From Octopus bimaculoides (taxonomy: Eukaryota), in the NCBI RefSeq assembly GCF_001194135.2, contig NC_068986.1:81910916-81962802 (forward strand): 51,887 nt of DNA, written 5' to 3'. Under the pieces are notes generated by a model that worked only from the letters and a program-made list of their open reading frames with translations, was not told where the DNA came from and did not search any database. This document shows positions 24,320-37,117 of the stretch, one piece after another (the first letter of the stretch is position 1; every line of letters starts with the position of its first letter). The position numbers and the translations under genes are program-made.

Positions 24320-24607
24320 AATGAAGACGATAGTGATGATGGTAGTGATAATAACGATGGTGACAGTGACGGTAGTGGTGGTGGTGATGATGATAATGAT
24401 GATGATGGTGGTAGTGGTGGTGGTGGTGGTGATGGTAGTGGTGGTGGTGGTGGTGGTGATGATAATGATAATGATGATGATGGTGGTGGTAGTGGTTATG
24501 ATTTATTATAAAAGGCACAATAACGCCATAACAAACTTCTAACATCATCAATCAACAACCACTACTAACACCATTAATAACAGCTATAATAACGACAGCA
24601 GCAGTAG

Positions 24608-24673
<66 letters not shown>

Positions 24674-24690
24674 TATCATCATCATCATTA
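24320..24690. repeat. Compound (GAT/GGT)n tract followed by a (CAT)n tract
   Basis: Read directly from the sequence. Confidence 0.9.
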
Positions 24691-25846
24691 GCAAGCAGCA
24701 GTAGTAATATCAATAATATTTTTGCTGTTCTCTCAGTATGGCTGGTGTAGAAGTAATTTTTTTAATTATGCGCGCGTGTGTTGGTGTGTGTGTGCGTGTG
24801 TGTTCCTCTGAAATATTTGGTCGTGTGAAAGAATCCGATCTGTCTTTAATGATCAATTAAACAAATATTGCTGTCAACATCCAGTCACATTAACGACAAC
24901 CCTTTGAAGCTAGTTACATTAATGGTTGTATCAGCAGCTTAGAATATAACTACTCGTCTAGCGTAATGTCTGCCTTAACTGCTCTACATTTCCCATCAAA
25001 TACTCACTTTATGAATGATGGCTGCGATCAGAACAAAGACGCGTTGATAAAACAGCACACAAATACAAAAAGAAAAGAAAAAAAAGAAAGAAAAAAAAAG
25101 GAACTATTTTCAGTGAAACAATATAGACTTCTGAATGTGTTCAACAGAAATATATGCAATAACAAACAGATTTCTCATAATGAATATGCAAAGTTAAGGA
25201 TTTTTTACACTAGTTTTTATTACCCCATTATACTAAAAGCATTCAGTTGAAAGCAAAATAAGAAGTAAATGTTACAAAAGATATTGATTGGTCGATGCTA
25301 ACAGAACCACCAACCAATAACATTGAAATTTTGATAGAACGTCCATCAAACGGTGAGTTTATAGGTTGTGATTTCAACGATATAATAGCAAATGGCAGGT
25401 TGGAGATATCAGAATAAAGCAGAGGTTGTGATATAGTTATACTTATATCTATATCTATTTCTTTATCTATATATCTATAAATGTCTAACTTTGTCTCTCT
25501 ACAGATAATCCTGTCATTAATGATGTGTGTTACTATGGTCAACTTTGTTTTCTTTCATAAATAGGCATTAATATTTGTACTTATTTCTCTCCGCTTCCAA
25601 CAGTGTGGGTCCGATGTAAATATCAAGGTGTATGGTGTGTATGTGTGAGTGTATGTATACATGTATGTGTGTATATTTGTACACACAGGCGCGCATGCGC
25701 GCGCCAATATGTGGAGGTTGATTTAGATAGGCGTGAACGTAGTAATCCGCAATACGAACTCAATTATACACAGCATAGACACTTGGTATTTCATATTTTC
25801 TCCTTATTTTACCAGATGTTACGACTATTGTCTCTTCAGAGAAGAA

Positions 25847-25882
<36 letters not shown>

Positions 25883-26383
25883 CATGCATGCATACATACA
25901 TACACATATATGTGAATACGTATATATATATATATATATACACATACACACACACACAGATATATACGTATAGATCCACAGACCTGCAGTTTAATGGTAT
26001 TTCCGTTGTTGTTCAACTCTTGATCAGCTTTCATTAGGCAGATCTGTTATTTAATCCTAGGCATTTCTTATCAAGGAAATCTGTTGATATTTAACCCCAG
26101 ACCATTTCTCGTGAAACAGATCTAAAATCAAAGACATTCCACCTCTTATCATCGCGTTTTTTATCGGACATAATGCATTTAGGATTACATCATCCAATGT
26201 TTCTTTTAATTATTAAAGTTCTGATTTAAGGGAGATCTTGGTTCCATTTCTATCTGATCGAGTGACTCTCTTCATAATGTGTTGCTGTTTAGCACCAAAT
26301 CTAGCCTATGATTAAAAGTATTCCAAATGTGACCAGCAAGATATTCTATTTTATTAAGTGTATGCTTTGGACGGCATACACAG

Positions 26384-26464
26384 GGTTGCCTTAGTCCGAT
26401 GGTAGAATGTCTGTAATGTCTGTCATATTTAGGGTAGATTTGGGTTCGAATCCTGTGGGCTGCC
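26384..26464 (+). pseudogene. Decayed tRNA-like sequence (pseudo-tRNA or orphan SINE head)
   Basis: A-box-like tagtccgatgg and B-box ggttcgaatcc; ends ggttgcc/ggctgcc pair at 6 of 7 positions; 72 nt after removing a 9-nt internal duplication; poor anticodon stem. Confidence 0.45.
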
Positions 26465-26969
26465 TTCACCACTTTCGCTCTAAGGGGTTCTTTAAACCCA
26501 ATATTTACACGCTATTATATATTGTTATATATAGTTTTATCTGTTTCGAGACTCACCGTTCCAAAAAGAAGCCATTGATTTCATGAAATTATCTCCCTTT
26601 TTCATTGTAAGTCAGAAACATTAACTGCCAGCTTTTTGTTTTCCCCCTACTAATAAGTAAATCTCAATTAATAGCATATGTCATTAATTATTTTCGTCTT
26701 AATTACATACGTCATTCAATGTATGATCCCCTTCTAATCCTACAGATTCATACCATAGTCCTATTTCATTTATTTCCATTTGCTCATATTAATTTTAATC
26801 TTAGAAAGAAGTGTTTTAGCTGTTGCCATTCTTGGTGAGAAATTACTGGTACTTTTGGAAGACGATAATTCCTTTTGGGATTGGGAGGTTTTAGAGCAAC
26901 GCATGAGTGTTGAAAGGTGAAATGGAGGAGACGGGGGTGCTTATTATCGCTACAACTGTCACTACTGCG

Positions 26970-26971
<2 letters not shown>

Positions 26972-27000
<29 letters not shown>

Positions 27001-27078
27001 TCATTATCATCATCATTATTATTATTATTATTATTATTATCATCATCGTCGTCATCATCATCATCGTCATCATCGTCG

Positions 27079-27148
<70 letters not shown>

Positions 27149-27189
27149 CATCATCGTCGTCATCATCATCATCGTCATCATCGTCATCA

Positions 27190-27223
<34 letters not shown>

Positions 27224-27830
27224 CATCATCGTCGTCATCATCATCATCGTCATCATCGTCATCATCATCATCATCATCATCATCATCGTCATCATCATCA
27301 TCGTCATCGTCATCATCCTACTACCACTGCCACCACCACCACCACCCCCAACAACAGCGGTACAGTCACTAACGCCATCATTACCACTGCTACCACCTCT
27401 ACAACCACGACGACAATGACCACTACCACCACCGCTACATCAGTACCCTTATCTTCGCTATTACCATCAGTACGTTTATCATCACCATCACCACCATCAT
27501 CATCACCACCATTATCAACATTACCATTGACACCAACACTACTTCGACCACCAAAACCACCACCACCACCACCACCACTACGATGTCCCTTTCCACTTCG
27601 ATGTCCCTTACCACTTATGCCATTACCCTCAAAGCCAAGACCAAAACCAATACCACCATCACTAACATCACCACTACCGCTTCTACGGTCATTCTCAACA
27701 CTATCATCAACGCTACACCACAGCCACTCCTAACACTATCGTTACTACCACTACTACCACCATCGTCACCACCACTTCCACCAACATTACTTACGCCGCC
27801 GCCGCCGCCACCACCGTCGCTACTCCTCCT
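26972..27830. repeat. Long compound ATC/ATT/GTC microsatellite grading into CAC/ACC low-complexity sequence
   Basis: Read directly; it explains the poly-I/S/P/T ORFs. Confidence 0.95.
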
Positions 27831-28155
27831 CCATTACCTAGTTAAAAACCAAACGCCTATGTTACCTGTTATTGTGACGCAGGTGTAAATGATAAATGTA
27901 GTATGGAATATCTTTTAGAATGTGAAAGTTTTACGAGCGAAAAGTCGAAGAACGTGGCTGAGATAACAGAGTTGAATTGTGGAAATGAAATAACAGCAAC
28001 AATGAAGTCACACCTGTTTGGTAATTGATTCTATTAAGGTTTTTAGGATTAATATCGGCAGTAGAATCTCACATGATCACGTGACCATTCCCAAGACGCT
28101 TTCATTGACGAAGAATTTCACGTTTTGTAATCAATATGAAACCTAATAATATTTC

Positions 28156-28206
<51 letters not shown>

Positions 28207-28511
28207 NNNNNNNNNNNNNNNNNNNNNNNNNNNNNNNNNNNNNNNNNNNNNNNNNNNNNNNNNNNNNNNNNNNNNNNNNNNNNNNNNNNNNNNNNNNNNN
28301 NNNNNNNNNNNNNNNNNNNNNNNNNNNNNNNNNNNNNNNNNNNNNNNNNNNNNNNNNNNNNNNNNNNNNNNNNNNNNNNNNNNNNNNNNNNNNNNNNNNN
28401 NNNNNNNNNNNNNNNNNNNNNNNNNNNNNNNNNNNNNNNNNNNNNNNNNNNNNNNNNNNNNNNNNNNNNNNNNNNNNNNNNNNNNNNNNNNNNNNNNGGG
28501 GGGGGGGGGCG

Positions 28512-28760
28512 ATAGAATAAGTACCAGCTGAGCATTGGGGTCGATCCAATCTGGCCTTGTATCAAAATTTGAAACTAATATTTCTTCTAGACTTGCACAA
28601 TCGGGAGAGCGTCTGATAAGATGTCTTGTGCTTTTTAGTTACGATCCTTAACGTTCTGCGTTCAAATACTGCCGAGATAAACCCTGTCATTTATCGTTCT
28701 AGGGGTCGTTATAATAAAGTGCCACCCAAGAACCGGGGTTGGTATAGTCGATTGGTATAC
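28512..28760 (+). mobile_element. Two decayed SINE-A fragments
   Basis: aataagtaccagctgagcattggggtcgat ... ggccttgtatcaaaatttgaaac and acgttctgcgttcaaatactgccgag ... ggggtcg. Confidence 0.6.
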
Positions 28761-28857
28761 CCTTCACCGTGAGACCACCAAATGAATTTTATTTCTTTCG
28801 CAAAATCTGACGAGTGAATTTTGTGATTTTCATGCGTATCCTGTGGAGTGTTTATCT

Positions 28858-29110
28858 TTTATCTATCACTTGTTTCAGTCATTAGGCTGCGTCCATGCTG
28901 GGGCATTACCTTGAGGAATCATTAGTCGAACAAATCGATCCCAGTACTTATTTTCGTTTTAAGCCTGGTATTTATTCTACCCGCCTCCTTTTGCTAAACC
29001 GATAAGTTACGGGGACGTAAACGCACACACACCGGTTGTCAAGCGGTGGTGAGGGCCAAACACAGACACAAAGACACACACTCATAGACAGATAGACAGA
29101 CAGACAGACA

Positions 29111-29160
<50 letters not shown>

Positions 29161-29173
29161 CACACACACACAC

Positions 29174-29204
<31 letters not shown>

Positions 29205-29361
29205 TACGACAGGTTACTTCTCAGTTCCACCTACCAAATTCACTCACAAGGCTTTGGTCGGTCCGAGACTATATTAGACACTTGCCCAAGGTACCACGCA
29301 GAGTGACTGAACCCGGAACCATGTGGTTGGGAAGCAAACTTCTTATCACACCAGCACGTCT
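28858..29361 (-). mobile_element. SINE-B (tRNA head + ccttgggcaagtg segment + internal CA microsatellite)
   Basis: Homologous to 35110-35527; B-box ggttccgggttcagt on the minus strand. Confidence 0.85.
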
Positions 29362-29636
29362 AGAAGTGAAGTGGAAACAACTCCAACTGATAATTGAATC
29401 TATATCTTGTATATATCACTACGGCTCTCATTATCATATCTGAATTATTGTAATGTATTCAACTTAAGCCACAGCATCACCAGATAGTTCGACATTATCA
29501 TCACCAAATACTGTATGCATATTATCACCATAATATTCTGCATTATTGCAACCGACAGTTCATTTTTTCATTTGTTTCTCGTTGCCTAATCTTGTTGCCT
29601 GTCTATGGCTATTCTCTCTGTCTGTACACCTTCATT

Positions 29637-29698
<62 letters not shown>

Positions 29699-30086
29699 TT
29701 CCTTCCTACATTAGACTGTACCATTTCTCTACTCCTCTCCGCGAGGGCTAAGATGTCGGTATTCAGTAGGAAAGATATCAGAGACACCTGTTACTGCTAT
29801 TGCCATGTGATTTCTTAATCTTTCTCAGCCTTGATGGATGGGCTATTCTGCCAATGTTGATTGCATTCTAAAGCCCCCAGCCCCACCATACAAAAAAAAA
29901 AAAAAAGAAAAAAGAAAAAATAAGACCCCCTCCCAAAAAATAAAATACAGTAGTCTGTCAATATTGCAGTGTTAGTTAAGGAATTCTGCTTCAAAATCGT
30001 AGAAGTGTTGATTCCAGTGACCAGGGATCAAGCAATTAAGAGCCTAGGCCGTATTCACACAGTGTCCTTAAAAGACTCTTTGTACT

Positions 30087-30250
30087 ATAGGCACACAACC
30101 AGAAACAACCCGAGTGTTTAACTGGTACTTACTTTATCGACTCCGAAAGGATGAATGGCAGAGTCAACGTTGGCACGATTTGAGCTCAGAACGTAAAGCT
30201 GACGTAATGCTGCTGAGCATTGTCTGGCGTGCTAAAGATTCTTCCTGTTC
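30087..30250 (-). mobile_element. SINE-A, diverged copy
   Basis: ctataggcacac ... ggtacttactttatcgactccgaaaggatgaa ... ggcgtgctaa. Confidence 0.75.
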
Positions 30251-30294
30251 ACCGAGAAGATTTCAATCAAGTTGAGACAGAGATCAACTAGCAG

Positions 30295-30675
30295 TGATAA
30301 TTATGGTTTGGCAGGGAAGTTTAAGGTATATCTTACCAATCTAACCTTTTGTCGAGATTATTATGGCAACGAATGGATAAAATACCGTTAACAGGAGAGG
30401 AGAAAATGGAAAAGTGTACGAGCAAATTTCTTTGAGAGTGGCTTGGTTTCCCATCGTGCTTTACAGGAGCTAGGCTGTACAGAAAAAGCGCCACATCAAA
30501 ATTTCAGTTACTTTAAATATCGCTAGCAGAGGAGTCTAAAATAACAAAACCCTGCTTCTATATTCTGCTACGGGAGTCAGTGGACTCCATTGTTTATCCG
30601 ACCTAACCAGTGGTGTTAAGAGGAAGGAAATGGAGCGTAAGAAAAGCTGATGATGTGGAAGAGATCAGTGGAGAA
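30295..30675 (+). mobile_element. HERO-like RT C-terminal/thumb relic
   Basis: DNYGLAGKFKVY ... LWQRMDKIPLTGEEKMEKCTSKFL*EWLGFPSCFTGARLYRK ... FQLL*ISLAEESKI ... RGRKWS matches HERO GLPGKFK ... RRWLGLP ... LQLP ... SLxEEFK ... TGRKW. Confidence 0.75.
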
Positions 30676-30990
30676 ATAAAAATAAAATGGTAATGAATGG
30701 AAAAAAACCCCACCAGAGTTGGATCGGGATGGATATGGAACAGATGAATTTTCCATTAAAACAGCAAACGTAGGTATTTTGCTAAAAAAAAAAAAAAAAA
30801 TAGCAAATGCAGGTATTTTGATTTTTAAAATGAGATTGAGGATTCAGAAGGTAATATAAATTGGCAGTTTTGAAGGAGAGCAACAAAAGTTATTGTGAAA
30901 CATGTATAAAATGAAAGCAGCCAGGTCGATACTCTTTCTAAAAGTGGTTTATAATGTACGTCCATCTTCAGTTAACATTAGACTGTGGCT

Positions 30991-31198
30991 AGGGCAGTGA
31001 GCTGGTAGAATCGTTAGCACGGCGAGAAAAATACCGCATTTCGTTCGTCTTCACGTTCTGAGTTAAAGTTCCGCCGAGGTTGACTTTGTCTTTCATCACT
31101 TTCGAGGTCGATAAAATAAGTACAAATTGAACACTGGGATCGACTTAACCCTCACTCCACCGAAGTTACTGGCCTTGTGCTAAAATTTGAAACCAATA
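30991..31198 (+). mobile_element. SINE-A, full length
   Basis: gagctggtagaatcgttagcac ... ggccttgtgctaaaatttgaaacc. Confidence 0.85.
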
Positions 31199-31390
31199 TT
31201 AAATTGTGGCGCTGGTGTGACATTGCTGATTGGCATCGGCGTGGTAGTTATGCATTGCTGAAGCACGTTCAGGCAGCTTGAAAGTCATCCTTTGCAGAAT
31301 ATGTCTAGCGGCATAAACAAGTCTTGAGTATCCTTGCTGATACACTAAAGCAACAATGAAGTTACGGCAAGCATCATCTAGTTGCACCTT
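31199..31390 (-). mobile_element. Possible DNA-transposase fragment (weakly Academ-like)
   Basis: Open, GC-richer frame CRNFIVALVY ... RL..AARHIL ... KLP loosely resembles the Academ pattern F..LY ... R..LF ... LPPT; could equally be an exon or chance. Confidence 0.25.
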
Positions 31391-31427
31391 GTTTCCTAAA
31401 GCAATGATTAAGATAAGATTTAAACAG

Positions 31428-31680
31428 TGGAGGCGCGTGGCTTAGTGGTTAGGGTGTCAGCATCATGATCGTAAGATTATGTTTCGATTCCGGGACCGGG
31501 CGACGCGTTGTGTTCTTGAGCAAAACACTTAATTTCACGCTGCTCCAGTCCACTCAGCCTGCAAAAATGAGTAACGCTGAGATGGACTGCCGTCCCGCCC
31601 AGCAGGGGAACACATACGCCATTGAAACCGGGAAACCGGGCCCATGAGCCTAGCCAAGCTTTAAAAGGGCGATTTATTTA
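31428..31680 (+). mobile_element. SINE-C (tRNA head, ttcttgagcaaaacactt segment)
   Basis: ggaggcgcgtggcttagtggttag ... gtttcgattcc A/B boxes; homologous heads at 37335-37668 (minus) and 49765-49860 (plus). Confidence 0.8.
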
Positions 31681-31859
31681 TTTTATTAGTTTAAACAGAT
31701 GAAAGCCGAAAGATACTAATGACTAATGTGCAGGTGGATTTGGAGGAAGTTCTTGTATTCTCAAACTATATTACAAAGGTTATATAGAGTATTTCCACAC
31801 AAATTCCTATATTATTTTAATTGTATCCATCTATTCACATTATATTTTACATTCTATCT

Positions 31860-32187
31860 TTTACCGTTTTTTTTGTTTCAGTCATGCTGAGGCACCACTT
31901 TGAAGGGATTAGTCGAAGAAATCGATCTCATCACTTATATTCTACCAGCCTCTTTAGCCGAACCGCTCAAGTAGAGGGACGCAAGTGAACCAAGACCGAT
32001 TTTGAAACAATAGTGGGGGACAAACAGGTACAAAAATACACAGCACACTCACACGTTCTTTTAATTTCCATTTACCAAGTCCTATTCACAAGGCTTTGGC
32101 AGAAGACACTTACGCAAGGTGCCACGTAGTGGGACTGAACCTGGAACCCTGTGGGTGGAGGCAAACTTCTTACCACTCAGCCACGCT
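31860..32187 (-). mobile_element. SINE-B, diverged copy
   Basis: tgtttcagtcat ... gccgaaccgct ... gacacttacgcaaggtgccacgtagtgggactgaacc. Confidence 0.8.
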
Positions 32188-32799
32188 TTTGCTTATATTA
32201 TATTTATGTATTTTTTATTATTCACACATATCTTTTATTCATATTTTTCTGACACCCTATATTCTAAATAGCTGAGTAAAATAACTAATTACTAATGATT
32301 ATGTATAATATATAATCTTCTTAACTCAGCATATATTAGTTTTTCTCTTTTTTTTTCTTTTGTTAGAAAGCAATTGTTTTATCGTCTGAAGACTACCAAA
32401 TTTTTGAAGGAATGAAACTTAAAGATGCCTAATATTTAACAGATCATATCATATCCCAAACATATATTTGAATATAATAGCTGTAGAAATAGCGCTCAAT
32501 TCATGTAGAGCTTATTAATTGATAGTGCGCTTCTGTGTGACTCAGAGTCTCACTAAATACGATTCTTCGAACGACCAAAGGTTTATCTCCTTGTTACTTG
32601 GTACAAATCTAACAATATACGTGTTTCTTTACTGAAATGACTGGGATTTGTTTGAGAGCTAAAGCTATTTGTTAACCGAAACACTTCCCTCTCTGTACAC
32701 CACGCGCACATTCTCCATTTTGTTAATTGATTTTGACTGACACAGACGACCACCAGTTTACTCTGTTTTTATTTTCTTTTGATAAATTATCTTCACCAG

Positions 32800-32913
32800 C
32801 TACGCTCACATTTTGGAATGGAGTTTCTTCTTTACTTCGTTCTCTCTATAATTGTCTTAATATGACATGGCAACCAAGGACACGGTTTCAAGATAGCCAC
32901 GACAAATATTCCC
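32800..32913 (+). CDS. Candidate 114-nt internal exon of an unidentified gene
   Basis: Pyrimidine-rich ...ttatcttcaccAG acceptor, perfect GTAAGT donor, and a stop-free phase 1-1 frame (TLTFWNGVSSLLRSLYNCLNMTWQPRTRFQDSHDKYS). Protein not recognised. Confidence 0.35.
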
Positions 32914-33666
32914 GTAAGTGATTCGATCTTTCTACTTAATTGTTATCTTTCAGAAGTTTTATGATTCAAATTAGCTTTCATCGCATGGGGAATGTATCTT
33001 TGGAGGCGAAAATCCACAACAATTTAACATCCTCACCACACCAACACACTAACACACATAAACACACACACACACACACACATAAACACAGACACACACA
33101 CATAAACACACACACACATATGCACAACCCTCCCCTCTCTCTGTGTAAATACAACATTTTCCGCTCTGGTCTTTCTCTTTCCCCAACAACACTATCAGTT
33201 ATATGGAATTTCAATTTTAATTAATTTTTCTTCCTAAATTCCATCATTGTAACATGATAGAATGAGTTGATTTATTTCGTTGTAACATGACACAACAATC
33301 AAACGACTTAGCATATCTGTTCGTTCATTAACAATATTTTCAACTAAACACATACACAGCACAGTTATAACAAATAATCAACTAAACTGCCGTTACTGCT
33401 GTTGTTGCTGCCGCTGTTGTAACTGTTGTTGTTGTTGCTGTTGGTGTTGTTGGCGCTATTGGTATTGTTGGTATTGCTGGTGATGTTGATGATCGCTGCC
33501 GTTGTGGTGTTGTTGTTGGTGTTGTCATTTCATTTTAGTTAGATAAGCTTCTTTGAAATGATTTATCTCAAATGAGTTGTGTTAAGGCATTTAACCTGCA
33601 ACCTTCATCTAAATGGAAAACTTCCATTAAATTTCTGAAAATTTATAACATCAATAATTTCCATAG

Positions 33667-33744
33667 CCAGAATTACCCTGTGTATGGTAATGAAAAACGC
33701 CAGGAGCTGGGTACGAAGTGGGTATTTGGCCGAGTAGAAGCCAC
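33667..33744 (+). CDS. Weak candidate exon
   Basis: aatttccatAG acceptor, GC-richer open frame QNYPVYGNEKRQELGTKWVFGRVEA, weak GTATAT donor; phase does not join the previous candidate. Confidence 0.2.
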
Positions 33745-34156
33745 GTATATGATTACATTCTGCTTTGTTGTTCTCTTCTGAATTTATCAATAATTATTGA
33801 TACAGATATTTTTATGTGATAAAAAGAAATTCATTATTTTAGATTGTCACTTATTCTAACAGACACCACTACAACCATCACCCCTACCATTATACTAACA
33901 TATACTTCTGTCAAGAAAACTATATATTCTACCGCTTAAAATACTACCACTGACTAGATGCACTACCATCAAAACCAAACATGAGCAATATTTTTGGAGA
34001 AGCGGGCCGCATGAGACGTGACTCATCATCAGGCGGGTCGCATTACTAAAAGAATTCTAATTAAGTTTTCGCTGGTGTGTCATTCATAAAGTCTGGCGAC
34101 CCGCAGTTTGTCCGTGACTGATCTAAACTATTCCACACTATTTAAAGCACTCTCAA

Positions 34157-34600
34157 GGAGACAAGTTGGCAGAATTGCTGGCATGCCGGACAAAATACTT
34201 AGCGGTATTTCTTATTGCTGGCAGAATCGTTAGCATGCCGGGCGAAATGCTTAGCGGTATTTCGTCTGCTGTTACGTTCTGAGTTCAAATTCCGCCGAGG
34301 TCGACTTTGCCTTTCATCCTTTCGGGGTCGATAAATTAAGTATCAGTTACGCACTGGGGTCGATGTAATCGACTTAATCCGTTCGTCTGTTCTTGTTTGT
34401 TCCCTCTATGTTTAGCCCCTTGTGGGCAATAACGAAATAGGTATTTCTTATTGCTCTTTACGTCCAAATGCCACCGAAGTCGACTTTGCCTTTCACCCTT
34501 TCGGGTCGATAGAGTAAAATACCAGTCAAGTACTAGGGTCGATGTAATCAACAAATCTCATTCTCCCAAAATTGCTGGCCTTGTGCCAAAATTAAAAAAA
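34157..34600 (+). mobile_element. Older SINE-A (34157-34219 and 34440-34600) interrupted by a younger variant-tail SINE-A (34220-34439)
   Basis: Perfect 16-bp TSD ggtatttcttattgct at 34204-34219 and 34440-34455. Confidence 0.9.
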
Positions 34601-34639
34601 AAAAAATTATTAGATGTACAGTCAAGGAGGACAAAATGT

Positions 34640-34808
34640 TTAGTGGCACTTCTGGGTCTTTACGTTCTGAGTTGAAATGCCGCCGAGATCAACTCTCATC
34701 CTTTCGAGGTCGATGAAATAAAGTACAAGTGAAGTACTGGAGCCGATGTACTCGACTTAACACTCCTCACATACAAATCGAAGACCTTTTTCCAAAATTT
34801 AAAACCAC
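34640..34808 (+). mobile_element. SINE-A, decayed 5'-truncated copy
   Basis: tttacgttctgagttgaaatgccgccgag ... gaggtcgatgaaataaagtac. Confidence 0.7.
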
Positions 34809-34862
34809 TTTTAGGTGTTCTGTTACCTAAACTACAACCAGCACCACTACTTCCATCTAAAC

Positions 34863-35619
34863 CAGCGATTCTCAGCCATTTTTTTTTTATTTATGGGCCC
34901 CTTTGACTACTATTTTATTCTGGTGGACCCCGCTTAGCCATTTGATTTTAAAAAAATGAGTTTTATAGATACTTTCAAAATTCCAATTTTGTTTCATACA
35001 CAACTTGTGTAGTTTGAACTATGTCAAACATTAGAGAAAGAAACCTTGCCGTTTCTAACAATAAATACATTCAAAGCAAATTTTTTTTCTGGGACCACTA
35101 AAATAGTACTCTTTACTCTTTTACTCTTTTACTTGTTTCAGTCATTTGACTGCGGCCATGCTGGAGCAGCGCCTTTTAGTCGAGCAAATCGACCCCATGA
35201 CTTATTCTTTGGAAGCCTAGTACTTATTCTATCGGTCTCTTTTGCCGAACCGCTAAGTTACGAGGACGTAAACACACCACCATCGGTTGTCAAGCGATGC
35301 TGGGAGGGACAAGCACAGACACACAAACATATACACACACATACATATATACATGTATACATATATACGATGGGCTTCTTTCAGTTTCCGTCTACCAAAT
35401 CTACTCACAAGGCTTTAATCGGCTCGAGGCTATAGTAGAAGACACTTGCCCAAGGTGCCACGCAGTGGGACTGAACCCGGAACCCTGTGGTTTGTAAGCA
35501 AGCTACTTACCACACAGCCACTCCTGTGGATCTTCAATTTAATATTTCGCTTGTAAGGACTCTAAAATTCCTATATAGGTCCCCCCAGGGTCTATATGAA
35601 CCCTGCTTGAGAACCACTA
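34863..35619. mobile_element. hAT (Charlie-like) MITE with a nested SINE-B
   Basis: Ends cagcgattctca / tgagaaccacta resemble CAGTGGTTCTCAA TIRs; 8-bp flanks atctaaac / gtctaaac (7 of 8 identical). Confidence 0.7.
35110..35527 (-). mobile_element. SINE-B, full length, with (GTAAAA)n-like tail
   Basis: Sense head caggagtggctgtgtggtaag ... ggttccgggttcagtccc and ggcaccttgggcaagtgtctt; tail (ctttta)n on the plus strand. Confidence 0.9.
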
Positions 35620-36221
35620 GTCTAAACAATCGCACAATACTAAACTACCACATAAACTATCACATACTAGTTAGATGTGCTGCCATCTAAACTGTCACCA
35701 GAAACTTCTACATTTATTACCAGCCCTACAATCGTCTCTGTTGAAACTACAGTACCAGCACAACAGCTGCACTAACACCCATGATATTACAACTGCAGGT
35801 GTATTAATAGCTTAACTGCAACACTAGAGATCACCAGCACAGCAGCTGCTAACATCTATATTACCATCACTAGTTACAAAAAACCCACATTTCAACAGAT
35901 ACAACTCTACTAGCTTCTAAATTACTGTCCTTACGATTTTACTAACATCCAAACCACTTCTATTACAGTTATACGAAGACTGGGAACTATTATATGTTCA
36001 GCTGTGTTACTACAGGTGTAGTTAGTAATTGTATAACTATAGCTAAACTAATTAACAGTTAATGACTCCGTTTCTGTTACAGTAATTTACTAATACGAAT
36101 ACCCATTTTGCTTCTTTCTATTTTCACAGACAAATGGCGACTTTTTTTTATGTAATTGTCTTAATTTCATTAAGATTCAAATTTTAGTAACGCTACACAC
36201 AGAAAACACTACTGAACATCC

Positions 36222-36223
<2 letters not shown>

Positions 36224-36277
<54 letters not shown>

Positions 36278-36370
36278 GGAGAGAGAGAGAGAGAGAAATA
36301 AGGAGAGAGAGAGAGAGAGAGAGATAAGGAGAGAGAGAGAGAGAGAGAGAGATAATGAGAGAGAGAGAGA
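36224..36370. repeat. (GA)n with periodic TAAG interruptions
   Basis: Read directly from the sequence. Confidence 0.95.
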
Positions 36371-36959
36371 GGGGCGAAGTGGGATAGAACGGGAAGAGAG
36401 AAAAAGACAGACAGACTGACAGAGAGTGTGCATTATAGCTTTTACTATGAGGAACTGATAGCTCTTACTATAATTAATTTTTCAGCCTTTCTTTTTCTAT
36501 GGATATGTTACTTTAAAGGAGGAGAGTACCCTGTATGTTATAAACAAAGACAAGGGAAAAATGAATCAGGATAGTCTTTACAATGTTAAGTCTATCTTGG
36601 CCCACTAAACAAGGATTTATCCCGGTTTCCACAGAGATTAAGCGACTGAAAATACAAGACTTCCTTCTGAATAGGACAGCAGCGCGTCACCGGGTTAATC
36701 CCTACCCCAGCTGCCATTGTTACACATTTTCAACTGAGTGAAGCAGTGTGAAATGAAGTGCCTTGCTCGAGTACACAATGAAAGAAATAAAAAATAATGC
36801 GCGCGCGCACATACCCCCCCCCNNNNNNNNNNNNNNNNNNNNNNNNNNNNNNNNNNNNNNNNNNNNNNNNNNNNNNNNNNNNNNNNNNNNNNNNNNNNNN
36901 NNNNNNNNNNNNNNNNNNNNNNNNNNNNNNNNNNNNNNNNNNNNNNNNCCCCCCCCCCA

Positions 36960-37117
36960 CACGCATACAACGGGTTTCTTTTAGTTTCTGTCAACTAAAT
37001 CCGCTCACAAGTCTAATCGGGCCAAGGTTATAGTTGAAGACACTTGCCCAAGGTGCCACACAATGGAACCGAACCCGAAACCATGTACTTGGGAAGTAAG
37101 CTTCTTATTACACAACC
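36960..37117 (-). mobile_element. SINE-B 5' part next to a gap
   Basis: gaagacacttgcccaaggtgccacac ... gaacccgaaacc. Confidence 0.8.

Noticed and set aside
25270-25360. Open frame DIDWSMLTEPP... ending at a GTGAGT donor
   Set aside because: The only good upstream acceptor (25247) leads to stops in all three frames.
34033-34104. 9-bp inverted repeat gcgggtcgc/gcgacccgc
   Set aside because: Probably an internal remnant of a hAT-type MITE; too short to define an element.
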